Positions 1-8,603 of a DNA stretch of 29,590 nucleotides are shown in pieces (position 1 is the first letter of the stretch; each line of letters starts with the position of its first letter). The stretch spans positions 1 through 29,590 of the IMG/VR virus record IMGVR_UViG_3300049780_000012; one strand, given 5' to 3'. The position numbers and the translations under genes were made by a program. The notes under the pieces are model-generated. The model searched no databases. It was not told the DNA's origin and saw nothing but the letters and a program-made list of their open reading frames with translations. Source of the DNA: a virus (Duplodnaviria > Caudoviricetes).

Positions 1-1
1 G

Positions 2-1264
2 GTGACGCTCGGTCATCTGACGGGGGCCACTGTCGTGTGGAGTGCTGCGGCTGCGGGATTGGTGCGCTGGGGAGGGCGCGAGCAACGGCAGTCGCTCGCG
101 ATCCTACACAGGTCCGCCAAATTCCGGAAGCGGAAGCGACTCATCCGGCGACGGTGGGTGACGGTGATGACCGACGCGGGGCTGGTGAAGTCGCCGCTTG
201 AGGCGGGCACCGCCAAGCGTCTTCCGAAGGGTGGTCGGATCCGTCCGACGGCTCTCGGCGTGTCCATCGAGGTCGACGCGGGCAGCGTCAGCGCCTCGCC
301 TGCGGACGTGCGCGGCAAGGCCGACAAGTTGCGGGCTGGGTTCCGCTGCCGCGACGTGAAGGTCAAGGATCTCGGAGGGGGGAAACACCTTTGGACCCTC
401 ACCTACGATGATCCATTCCGTCGGGTGATCCGCGTCGCCGAGCTGCCGAAGCCGTCCAAGCCGATGCAGGTTGTCGTCGGTCTCGACGAGGACGGCCAGC
501 CCATCGAGAAGGATCTGCGGCTGCCGAACCTGATTGTCGGCATGCAGGGCGCCGGGAAGTCGTCCGAGGTGTGGACGACGCTGCACGGCCTTCAGGAGTC
601 GGGGATCCCGCACCGCATCCGGGTGTTCGACCCGAAGGGCGGTCAGGAGTTCGGTGAGCTGGAGGACTCGGCCTACTACTACGAGCGGAACCCCACGAAG
701 TGGCCGCAGTTCTTGGAGCACGCCATCCGGGCGATGGAGGTGCGCCAGGCCATGCTGCGCAGGGCGGGGCTGCGGAAGAACCCGTTCACCTGGGAGAACC
801 CGCTCGACCTGATGGTCATCGACGAGCTGCTGACGGTGCTGGCGATGTCGTCGGGGTCGACGAAGGTGAAGGTCGGCGGCGCGCAGGTGAAGGCGTCGGA
901 CGCGTTCATGGTGTTCCTGTCGACTGCGCGGGCGGCGGGGTTCGGGTTGCTGGCCTGCTCGCAGCTGTCGCAGAAGTCGACCATCGGTGACATCCGGGAC
1001 CTGTTCGGCTACGTGACATGCCTGCGCGTCAACTCCGACGAGATCGTCAACACGATCCTCGGCCCTGGGGCGTCGAAGGCGTTCCCGGCGCATGAGCTGC
1101 CGAAGACGGAGGCGACGGCGGGGATCGGGTTCTTCGCGACGGAGACCGGGATCCGCAAGTACCGGGCGGCGTATCCGACGGATCGGGAGCGGGCTCGGGT
1201 GGTCAAGCGGATGAAGGCGGACACGGAGCGGTTCCGCCGGCGTGATGTGGAGGTGGCGTCGTGA
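2..1264 (+). CDS. FtsK/SpoIIIE-domain DNA translocase, TraB-like (probably 5'-truncated by the window)
   Basis: Walker A GMQGAGKS, FDPKGGQE motif, Walker B LMVIDE, ARAAG motif, hydrophobic N-terminal segment, and C-terminal GIGF...YRAAY resembling actinomycete plasmid/AICE transfer proteins. Confidence 0.85.
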   Translation: MTLGHLTGATVVWSAAAAGLVRWGGREQRQSLAILHRSAKFRKRKRLIRRRWVTVMTDAGLVKSPLEAGTAKRLPKGGRIRPTALGVSIEVDAGSVSASPADVRGKADKLRAGFRCRDVKVKDLGGGKHLWTLTYDDPFRRVIRVAELPKPSKPMQVVVGLDEDGQPIEKDLRLPNLIVGMQGAGKSSEVWTTLHGLQESGIPHRIRVFDPKGGQEFGELEDSAYYYERNPTKWPQFLEHAIRAMEVRQAMLRRAGLRKNPFTWENPLDLMVIDELLTVLAMSSGSTKVKVGGAQVKASDAFMVFLSTARAAGFGLLACSQLSQKSTIGDIRDLFGYVTCLRVNSDEIVNTILGPGASKAFPAHELPKTEATAGIGFFATETGIRKYRAAYPTDRERARVVKRMKADTERFRRRDVEVAS

Positions 1265-1494
1265 CGGAACTGGTCATCGGTGCGCTGCTGGGCGCGCTGG
1301 TCGTGTGGCCGGTGGGCAAGGCGTACGCGCGTGCTTTGCGGGCCTACCGGGATCTGATGGCGACGAAGAAGGCTATCAAGGGGCTGGTGCGTCGGGTGAT
1401 CGACGAGTGGCTGATCGTGTTGAAGGTGGGCGCCGCGGCGGGTCTTGTGTTCGCGCTGATGTTCACCGCCGGGCTGTGGATGGCGCTGCGGTGA
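1261..1494 (+). CDS. Small two-TM membrane protein (possible Spd-like transfer accessory)
   Basis: GTGA overlap with the FtsK stop; two hydrophobic segments flanking a basic amphipathic middle. Confidence 0.75.
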   Translation: MTELVIGALLGALVVWPVGKAYARALRAYRDLMATKKAIKGLVRRVIDEWLIVLKVGAAAGLVFALMFTAGLWMALR

Positions 1495-1829
1495 GCCCGC
1501 TGACGATGTGGCGGTGGGCCACCTACCGGGGTCGGCCCAGCTTCTACGACCAGTTCCCGCTGCCCGGCGACTGGAAGCCGCTGCTGACCACCGAGGGACG
1601 TCCGGGCCGGTTGTGGCAGTGGCTGGTCGGTGACGGCCGCGGCCGGGTCGTGACCGGCGGGACGCTGGTGCTGGAGTTGGACGACGTGCAGGAGGCGGCG
1701 TACCAGGCGATGTGCCGGTTTCAGGCCGACCGGAATCTGGAGCCGCATGAGCTGCACGGCCTGTGGTGTGCGGCGCGGAAGTCGACGGAGCCGGAGATGG
1801 TGGGGGTGGTCGACGGCCGCGACTGGTAG
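1491..1829 (+). CDS. Hypothetical protein, 112 aa, Trp-rich
   Basis: GTG at 1491 overlaps the previous TGA (GTGA); in frame with the listed 1242..1829 ORF; protein MSPLTMWRWATYRG...GRDW; followed by a terminator. Confidence 0.7.
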   Translation: MSPLTMWRWATYRGRPSFYDQFPLPGDWKPLLTTEGRPGRLWQWLVGDGRGRVVTGGTLVLELDDVQEAAYQAMCRFQADRNLEPHELHGLWCAARKSTEPEMVGVVDGRDW

Positions 1830-1842
1830 CCCCGGACACGCG

Positions 1843-1879
1843 AAAGCGGGCCCTGCCTCCCGAAGGAAGCAGGGCCCGC
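1843..1879 (-). terminator. Intrinsic terminator ending the late/lysis transcript (probably bidirectional)
   Basis: Minus strand GCGGGCCCTGCTTCC-TTCG-GGAGGCAGGGCCCGC-TTT: 15-bp stem with one G-U pair and a C(UUCG)G tetraloop, lying between convergent genes. Confidence 0.85.
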
Positions 1880-1897
1880 AGTCTGTGCAGCAGTAGG

Positions 1898-2149
1898 TCA
1901 GTCGACCGGGGTGTTCGGTCCCGGCGGGGGCAGGTCGACCAGCGACGGGCTGTTCGGCTCGCCGGCCGGCGCGGACACGATCGAGGTGAGGATCGACGCG
2001 ACGGCGGCGAGCGCGCCGACGGAGGCGACGTCACCCCAGTTGATGTCGAGGACGCCGAGGCCGTCTCCGGCGAGCAGCGCGAGGGCGGCCTGGGCGAAGG
2101 TTTTGAGGGCCCGCTCGAGGGCCTGCTTCCAGAACGTGCCGGTCCACAT
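1898..2149 (-). CDS. Holin, r1t-like family
   Basis: FWKQALERALKTFAQ...GVLDINW...SILTSIVS signature; AGGAGG SD upstream; last gene of the lysis cassette. Confidence 0.9.
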   Translation of the reverse strand: MWTGTFWKQALERALKTFAQAALALLAGDGLGVLDINWGDVASVGALAAVASILTSIVSAPAGEPNSPSLVDLPPPGPNTPVD

Positions 2150-2165
2150 GATGTTGCCTCCTGGC

Positions 2166-2171
2166 TAGGGT
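2166..2171 (+). promoter_or_regulatory. -10 box TAGGGT of a putative leaderless transcript
   Basis: TANNNT exactly 6 nt before GTG at 2178; no SD. Confidence 0.6.
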
Positions 2172-2177
2172 GTGGGT

Positions 2178-2390
2178 GTGCAGCTGTACGAGGTGACGCC
2201 GGATGGCATCGCTGAGGTGCCGAGGCCGTGTCCCGATGGGCACACGGAGACGACCCCTGCGTGGGGTGCCTGCCGGGTGGAGGGCTGTTACGAGATGGGC
2301 CGGCAGTGGCGCTGCCAGCGGCCGGGCTGCGGGAAGACCACGCAGCACGAGCACGCGCACAGGGGTCGGGCTACAGGTGCCGGCCGTTGA
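2178..2390 (+). CDS. Small Cys/His-rich putative zinc-binding protein (antisense moron, 70 aa)
   Basis: CPDGH...CRVEGC...CQRPGC...HEH pattern; fills a gap in the minus-strand lysis cassette; leaderless promoter geometry. Confidence 0.7.
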   Translation: MQLYEVTPDGIAEVPRPCPDGHTETTPAWGACRVEGCYEMGRQWRCQRPGCGKTTQHEHAHRGRATGAGR

Positions 2391-2763
2391 TGGTGCCGCC
2401 CGGATCGCGGACCATCGCCCGCAGCTGCTCCAACCGGAGCGCCGCGTCCAGTGACACCGGCTCCAGGATCGCTGACCGCCACGTCCGCAACGTGGCGACC
2501 GCGGCGTCTATCTCACCGGTCAGCTCCCGCATCTGCTGGCGGGCCTGCGCCGCCTCTGTGCGGGCGGCTTTCGCTTCCCGCTCCGCTTCCGCGGTCCTCT
2601 CTTGCAGCTCGTTGACCTGCTGGATGGCGCTGCCGGTGAGCAGGGCGACGGCGTCGGCCCGCGTTTTCGGCCGGTTCAGCACCCCGGATATCAGGGTGGT
2701 TGCGACTCCCGCCAGTCCCCCGCCGCCGACGGCCGCCGCGAGCAGCCCCCACACGTTCGTCAC
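2371..2763 (-). CDS. Lysis-cassette membrane protein (N-terminal TM plus coiled coil), 130 aa
   Basis: GTG at 2763, 2 nt after the upstream TAA; WGLLAAAVGGGGLAGV TM segment followed by a heptad-like QQVNELQERTAEAERE stretch. Confidence 0.8.
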   Translation of the reverse strand: MTNVWGLLAAAVGGGGLAGVATTLISGVLNRPKTRADAVALLTGSAIQQVNELQERTAEAEREAKAARTEAAQARQQMRELTGEIDAAVATLRTWRSAILEPVSLDAALRLEQLRAMVRDPGGTINGRHL

Positions 2764-2765
2764 GG

Positions 2766-3176
2766 TTAATCCCCCGCTAGTCGTAGCACCCTCATGGCCT
2801 TCCACACCTGCCAGCCCCGCCACATCGAGGCGCCGGACCAGGCGAGGCAGAACGCGACTGCGAACACGGCGGCCGGGGCGCCGGTGGACAGCAGCGCCAG
2901 CCCGTACAGCAGCGGCGCCGCGGTCTGCCCTTGCATGGCGGCGAGTTCGAGGACGAGGGTTCGGTAGGTGTTGGGTAGGGCGATGCTGATCAGTCCGATG
3001 ACGCCGGAGCCGAGCAGCAGCAGGTACCAGGTCCAGAGCACCCACGGTTCGACGAGCTGTTCGAGGGTGGAGGGGGGTTTCGCGCCGGCGACGAATGCTG
3101 CGCCGGCTAGCGCGGAGAGGACCAGGAACATGACTTCGTGGGGGCGGTGTCTTCCGGTGACGATGATCGTCGTCAC
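2766..3176 (-). CDS. Four-TM lysis-cassette membrane protein (holin-like), 136 aa
   Basis: GTG at 3176 just after the lysin TAG; RHRPHEVMFLVL start and four hydrophobic segments. Confidence 0.8.
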   Translation of the reverse strand: MTTIIVTGRHRPHEVMFLVLSALAGAAFVAGAKPPSTLEQLVEPWVLWTWYLLLLGSGVIGLISIALPNTYRTLVLELAAMQGQTAAPLLYGLALLSTGAPAAVFAVAFCLAWSGASMWRGWQVWKAMRVLRLAGD

Positions 3177-3180
3177 CGGT

Positions 3181-4737
3181 CTAGCCTTGGAGTCGGGTGG
3201 CCAGCTCGTCGGCGACCTGCTTGGCGAGGTCCTGAGGGATCGCGGCGGCGATGCGCTCCGCGGGCAGGCCGGCGAGGATGCCGGTGACGATCGCCTGCTC
3301 GTCGACCAGGTCACGGCCGGCCATCTCGGCGACCGCAGCGCGCAGGGCAGCGACGCCGCTGTTGGCCTGCCGGGCGTCGGACCACGCGTATTCCAGGAGC
3401 TGCCGTGCCGAGATCGCCTTGACGGTCGGGTTGGCGGTGGCGATGCCGGCGGACTGGAACGGCAGCGCCTCGCGCAGCTCGTCCCGGACCACCGTGCGCA
3501 GGTCGTCGAGTGTGGCCATGATGTCGTCCTCTCCGATGTGCCAGTCACGGGTGTCGTCCGCCGCGGCGGTGTGCACGGTGCTCACGTGGATGTGCGTGTC
3601 GTGGGGATCCGAGCCGCTGTACTTGTCCCACTGCCAGCCGTGGGACGGTCCGGTGATCCGCCCGTTCGAGATGATGTAGCCGATGCGGCTGTCGCGGCTG
3701 GCCCGGAGCTGGTCGGCGAGGGCGTGCGCGTCCAAGCCCAGGCTGGGGGCGTGCGGGAAGTCCCGGGCGCACACCACCGCCGTCTTACCGAGCGCGCTGT
3801 AGAAGTGCGGGTAGTGGTCGGAGGTTGAGCTGTGCGCGCTGTCGGCGATCGCCCCCCACGACGCGGCGGGGGTCGCCGGTGGTACGGCCTTCGGGTAGGC
3901 GGCGCGGATCTGCTCGTTGAGCCGCTCCAACGAGCCGACGATCCGCCACTGCTGGCCCCTGCTCCACGCCACGGATGCCTCCTGTGTCAGCTGCTGCCAG
4001 GTCTGCCGCTCGAGGGCCGGGTCTGTCACCGCAGCCGTGAGGACGGGGGCGAGGTCCGAGTTGCCCTTGTGGAACCAGCACACGGTCCACGCCCCGTCAG
4101 TGGCGGCGGCGGCGACCATGTCCCGCATCCACTTCGCCCGGCCGGCGCCGTCCTTGTCGCTGGCCAGGCGGACGCCACCCAACTCGGCGATCAGGTAGGG
4201 CAGCCCGGTCCGTTTTGCGATGTCCCGGGGGATGGTGAGCAGGTCGTCGGGGGTGCGATACGTGGGGCCGTCGTTGTAGACGTCCCAGCCGTACGCGTCG
4301 ACCATCGGTACCAGCCACCGCAGATCGTTCGCATGCGCCTGCCACCAGTAGCGGGTGTACACCGGCACCAGCAGCACATCCGGCCGGCGAGGGTGGTCAG
4401 CGAGGGCTGCAACGAGCTCCGCCCAGCGGGTGCGGAACTGCTCGACGGTCGGATCCCCTGCGGCGGTGCCCTGCTCCGGTTCGTGGGCGTAGGTGAGGAT
4501 GATCGGGGCGTGTTCGGCGGGCATGGCCGTCAGCCACCGCTCGACCGCCGGCACATCCCAGGTCTTGAACGACACGTGCACCATCACCCCGGCGGGGATC
4601 GGCCCGAGGACCGGCCCGTCCCAAGTCGGGAGAGGTTTCCCGGCGCCGACGAAGATGCGGACGGCGGTGGTGCCGGGGTACATGGCCAGCATCTCCGCCA
4701 CGGTCCGCCCAGCCGGGCACCAGCCGACCAGGGTCAT
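3181..4737 (-). CDS. Endolysin fusion: clan GH-A (GH26-like) glycoside hydrolase + zinc peptidase-like domain + helical C-terminal domain, 518 aa
   Basis: ATG at 4737 overlaps the upstream TGA (TGATG). HVSFK, YAHEPE, GWDVYN and IAELG fit a GH-A barrel. SDH...ARD...GSDPHDTHIHVS fits an actinophage lysin metallopeptidase. Located directly before the holin-like genes. Confidence 0.8.
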   Translation of the reverse strand: MTLVGWCPAGRTVAEMLAMYPGTTAVRIFVGAGKPLPTWDGPVLGPIPAGVMVHVSFKTWDVPAVERWLTAMPAEHAPIILTYAHEPEQGTAAGDPTVEQFRTRWAELVAALADHPRRPDVLLVPVYTRYWWQAHANDLRWLVPMVDAYGWDVYNDGPTYRTPDDLLTIPRDIAKRTGLPYLIAELGGVRLASDKDGAGRAKWMRDMVAAAATDGAWTVCWFHKGNSDLAPVLTAAVTDPALERQTWQQLTQEASVAWSRGQQWRIVGSLERLNEQIRAAYPKAVPPATPAASWGAIADSAHSSTSDHYPHFYSALGKTAVVCARDFPHAPSLGLDAHALADQLRASRDSRIGYIISNGRITGPSHGWQWDKYSGSDPHDTHIHVSTVHTAAADDTRDWHIGEDDIMATLDDLRTVVRDELREALPFQSAGIATANPTVKAISARQLLEYAWSDARQANSGVAALRAAVAEMAGRDLVDEQAIVTGILAGLPAERIAAAIPQDLAKQVADELATRLQG

Positions 4738-5225
4738 CAGACGTCCACCCCAAGCCCGAGGTACTCCGACGCCGGGCCGATCGGCTCGATGCACAGGTAC
4801 CGGGGTGACGCGGAGGTGGCGTAGAGCGTGCCCGTGCCGCTGCCTGCCGACACGCACAGCGCCACGTCCGTGGTCAGGTCGGTGCCCGCCGAGCGGGTCA
4901 GTACCACCGCGCCGTTGACCAGGACCGACGTGGAGATCGCCGTGCCTTTCGTCTCGACCCGGCCGTACTCCCCGTAGTCCGCCCCACCCAGACCGGTTTG
5001 CCGCAGCCGGAAGTGCACCAGGATCCCGCTGGCGTTGCCGTAGAGCAGGCCCCGGATGTACGCCCGGTACGCCCACCCGGCCTTGAACACCATGCCAGGC
5101 ACGGTCAGCGACACCGCCTCCGTGCTGAACGCCGAATGCGGCGACGAGCTGAACGCCTGCCCCCGGCTGGGGTCGTTGAGCCGGGCCGGCGTGAGCCGCA
5201 TCCCGGACCGGACAGTGATCGGCAC
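4737..5225 (-). CDS. Minor tail / tail-tip associated protein
   Basis: N-terminal SGMRLTPARLN motif typical of small proteins following actinophage minor tail genes; beta-rich; GGGAGG SD. Confidence 0.65.
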   Translation of the reverse strand: MPITVRSGMRLTPARLNDPSRGQAFSSSPHSAFSTEAVSLTVPGMVFKAGWAYRAYIRGLLYGNASGILVHFRLRQTGLGGADYGEYGRVETKGTAISTSVLVNGAVVLTRSAGTDLTTDVALCVSAGSGTGTLYATSASPRYLCIEPIGPASEYLGLGVDV

Positions 5226-5237
5226 GTCAGCCTCCCT

Positions 5238-8200
5238 CTACAGCGACAGAACCGCGGGCAGCAACACATCCACGCCGGTGCCGGCCGGCCACGACCGAGA
5301 CACCCCGTTCACGGCGCGGGCGGTCAGGGTGACCGTCTGCGGGTTCGACACCGCCCAGTTGTCGTGGCTGAACACCACCGGCAGGGTGTTGGTGTTGCCC
5401 GACTCCAGCCGGCTCAGCGGCCCGGCCAGCGTGCCGGCGGTCAGGCTGCCGTCGGTGGCTTCCACCTGCCAGCCCGGCACGATGTCGACGGCAGGCCGCC
5501 ACGCCTTCGCGCGCAGCGTCGAACCGCGCACGTCCAGCACCACCCGCCAGGTGTTCCCGGCCGCGTGGGTAGACGACAGAAACGCGGCGGCGAGGCTTCC
5601 CGACAGGGTGCCGCCGGTCCGCCTCAGCAGCGCCAGGGACACCGCCCCCGTCGGGGAGACGGTCAGCCGGACGGTGTAGTAGTTCGACAGGTCCACCGCC
5701 CGGGCCACCGACCAGTGCGTGATGGGGGCGCCGCTCGGCATCACCGGGATCGTGACGTCCACCGTGGTGGTCAGGTCGGTCAGGCCGGTGTCGAGCAGCG
5801 CCGACCGGAACGAGTTGACCGTGCCGTGCGACTGCCGGCCCACACCCGACGCGGACGAGTGGTCCCCGCTGGGCGACGTGGTCCACGTCTGCCCGGTTTC
5901 AGCCGTCGGCCAGCCGCCGGCCACGGTCGAGGTGAACGCGGCGGACACGGCCGGCCCGATCGCCGACGCGGTGACCTGCTCCGCGCCGACCCGCATCGGC
6001 AGCGGGAAGTCCGCCGGGTCCTCCGTCCATGTGCCGTTCTCCTCGGTCGACGTCAGCGCCAGCGACGTCGCCGCCGCGGGCAGGGCCAGAGCCAGCGTCG
6101 ACCCGTCGGCCGCGACCCGCGCCTCACCGTCGACCACCGCCACATCCCACGGAGAAGCTGGCGCCGCGTTCCACACGATCGTCCACTCGTAGGCGTCGAG
6201 CATCTCCGTGTAGCCCTGCACCATCACCCGGGCCGGACCGGGCGGCAGCCACGACGGCAGGCCGGCGATCGACGCCACATCCCCGGCGTCGACCTGCGTG
6301 ACCGCCCGCAGCATCGGCGCATTCCCGCGCAGCGGATCACGCATCAGGTTCAGGCCGATACGCGGATAGCGGGCCTCATCGACGGTGCCCAGACGCAGCC
6401 GCCAACCAGCCTGGTCGGGCAGCGCGTCGTCGCTGGCCACATTCACCGTCTCCGACGTCGCGTACCGGCCCACCCCGGTGGGCGGCGCGAGCACCGACAA
6501 CGGACCCGAATCCTGCACCGCCTGCGCCGAACCCCCGCCAGGGCGGGACACGGTCACGTCATTGCGGGTCGCGTCGTCGTCGTCGACCGGCTCGAACGGC
6601 GCCGACAGATGCGTCCCGTAGTCCAAAGGCAGGCCCTGCTGATTGGTCAGGCTCGCCCCGGTCCGATAGTGCAGCCCCGGATGCCCACGCGCCTCGATGA
6701 GGATCCCGCCGTCAACCTCCGCCGCGTCCTTCAGCACATCCAGCAGCGGCGCGATCGGCTGCGGCCCCATCACCTGCGTGGACGCCGCAGCACCCCAGAA
6801 GGTGATCGGCATGCCCTCATCCGCCGCGACCCGGGCCATCCGCGTCCCCGCGGTCTCACCGGTGTAGCCCGTGGACACCTTCGCGAAGTCGTCCGAGAGG
6901 AAGATCCGCCGGTCGTCGACCGCCAGATGCGACCACAACGCGTCCACGAAGTACGAGTTGGAAAGAAGATCCACCCGAGTCGGGAACCCGATCGCGCCGG
7001 AAAACGTGAACGGGCCCGGCGCTGTGAAAAGCAGATCACCGGCGTTGGCCACCCACGGCCGCCACGACACGGTCCCCGCGACCTGCTCCACCTCGAAGTA
7101 CCACATCACCCAGTCGGTGGGAGGCTGGCTGGCGCTGGATATCGCCTGGTCGGCCACAGCGGTGCCGGACTTGTCGTAGCCGATCCACCGGTAGCCGCCG
7201 CCGGACAGCTGGAACTCCCAGCGGACCACCAGGCCACCCGCGACGAACACCCGCATGAATGTCTGGTCCGCGCCCACCGGGGCGGTGGCCAGCTTGAAGA
7301 ACCCGATCAGCGACCAGAAGCTACTCAGAGTCCGCGACCCGACCGGCATGGTGATCGACGATGTGGCTGCGGTCATCTTCGCCGCCGCCGCCGTCCCTGC
7401 CAGCCGCCCGGACTCCTGACCGAACTCCACCTGATTGGCGGTCCCGGCGCCCACTCCGGGCGCCGCGCTGGTCGGCCGGTACGTGTCCGGGCCGTCCTCC
7501 AGCGGCAGGTATCCGGCCGGTGTCAGCCGGGTCAAGGTGCGGCGCAGCGGCGACATCACAGGGCTGGCGCCCTGCGACAGTCGGCGGAACGGGCCGGACG
7601 CCTCGATCGGGGTCCACTGGTCGCTGCCCGCGCCAGCCCACCGGGCCGGCCACGACGACACCTCACCGTGGAAGCGGGCGCCCCGGTCGATCGCGACGGC
7701 CGACGGCGACAGTGTCCATACCCGCCCCTGCCCGTCCGTCAGCGACGTCGCCCCCGCCCGCAGGGTGGTGAAATCCGGTGACGCCACCAGCGTGCCGCCG
7801 GTGTGCAGCTGGAAGCCGTACAACTCGCCGGCCGTCGCCGGGGAGCTGATCGACGGCTCGTACGCCAGGTCGATGCCGGCGCCCGCCGCGACCGCCACCG
7901 ACGTGGCGCCCGCCGGGCTGGAGTCCGCGCCGAGCTGCGTCCACGGCCCGGCCATCGTCGGCGCCGTGTAGAAACGCACCACCCCGGTGGCGACGGTCAG
8001 CGCTGCCCGCACGGCGAGGCTCCCATCGGCGGCTGGGACCACCGACGCCCCACACGTGCGGTCGACCCGCGCCGCGAGGGTGCCGTCGGGGGACCACGAG
8101 AACGCCGGCTGACCCTGCCCGTTGAGGGACAAGAACCAGGCCCGGTCCGTGCCGGCCGCCACGTAGCGGCCCGCCAGGGTGAACCCGTCGCCGTCCGCCC

Positions 8201-8603
8201 AGTTCGGGATCCGCGCCCACACCCGCACATCCACGTCGCCGGTGCCGTTCAGCGCCGCGTTCGGCGGAGTCGTCACCGTGGCGGGGCTGGGTGCCGGCCC
8301 GGTCAGCGCCACCGCGCCTCCCTGGTCGGCTTCCGCGACCCGCACCCGGATGGGTGTGTTCCGGCCCAGCAGCCCGTAGTACGGGCTGGCCGGGTTCCGC
8401 GGCGAGTACTTCCCGCCAGCGTTGTTCAGCACCAGCTCGCAGCGGGTCACCTGCACGTCCTGACCCTCGGCTGGGCGGCCCCGGGTGATGGTGACACCAC
8501 CACCGGAGCCGGCTGGGCGGCCCCGCAGGTCAGCGGAGATGTCCACCCACCCCAGCGAGGGGCCGAGGTACAGCTCGCCGGTCACGTTCGGGAACACGCT
8601 CAC
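5238..8603 (-). CDS. Large minor tail protein with LamG-like/lectin domains, 1121 aa
   Basis: Directly after TMP with GTGA overlap; LNNAGGKYSPRNPASPYYGLLGRNTPIRV, RFHGEVSSWP and RNDVTVSRPGG motifs typical of actinophage tail proteins. Confidence 0.85.
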   Translation of the reverse strand: MSVFPNVTGELYLGPSLGWVDISADLRGRPAGSGGGVTITRGRPAEGQDVQVTRCELVLNNAGGKYSPRNPASPYYGLLGRNTPIRVRVAEADQGGAVALTGPAPSPATVTTPPNAALNGTGDVDVRVWARIPNWADGDGFTLAGRYVAAGTDRAWFLSLNGQGQPAFSWSPDGTLAARVDRTCGASVVPAADGSLAVRAALTVATGVVRFYTAPTMAGPWTQLGADSSPAGATSVAVAAGAGIDLAYEPSISSPATAGELYGFQLHTGGTLVASPDFTTLRAGATSLTDGQGRVWTLSPSAVAIDRGARFHGEVSSWPARWAGAGSDQWTPIEASGPFRRLSQGASPVMSPLRRTLTRLTPAGYLPLEDGPDTYRPTSAAPGVGAGTANQVEFGQESGRLAGTAAAAKMTAATSSITMPVGSRTLSSFWSLIGFFKLATAPVGADQTFMRVFVAGGLVVRWEFQLSGGGYRWIGYDKSGTAVADQAISSASQPPTDWVMWYFEVEQVAGTVSWRPWVANAGDLLFTAPGPFTFSGAIGFPTRVDLLSNSYFVDALWSHLAVDDRRIFLSDDFAKVSTGYTGETAGTRMARVAADEGMPITFWGAAASTQVMGPQPIAPLLDVLKDAAEVDGGILIEARGHPGLHYRTGASLTNQQGLPLDYGTHLSAPFEPVDDDDATRNDVTVSRPGGGSAQAVQDSGPLSVLAPPTGVGRYATSETVNVASDDALPDQAGWRLRLGTVDEARYPRIGLNLMRDPLRGNAPMLRAVTQVDAGDVASIAGLPSWLPPGPARVMVQGYTEMLDAYEWTIVWNAAPASPWDVAVVDGEARVAADGSTLALALPAAATSLALTSTEENGTWTEDPADFPLPMRVGAEQVTASAIGPAVSAAFTSTVAGGWPTAETGQTWTTSPSGDHSSASGVGRQSHGTVNSFRSALLDTGLTDLTTTVDVTIPVMPSGAPITHWSVARAVDLSNYYTVRLTVSPTGAVSLALLRRTGGTLSGSLAAAFLSSTHAAGNTWRVVLDVRGSTLRAKAWRPAVDIVPGWQVEATDGSLTAGTLAGPLSRLESGNTNTLPVVFSHDNWAVSNPQTVTLTARAVNGVSRSWPAGTGVDVLLPAVLSL

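Noticed and set aside
4738-5076. N-terminal extension of the lysin ORF to 631 aa
   Set aside because: Overlaps the 4737..5225 gene out of frame; the TGATG overlap supports the start at 4737.
4998-7781. 927-aa plus-strand ORF, and similar long ORFs at 17199..19415, 20415..21737, 23900..25168 and 10907..12061
   Set aside because: Arg/Pro/His-rich shadow frames antisense to clear structural genes; expected from stop-codon scarcity in high-GC DNA.
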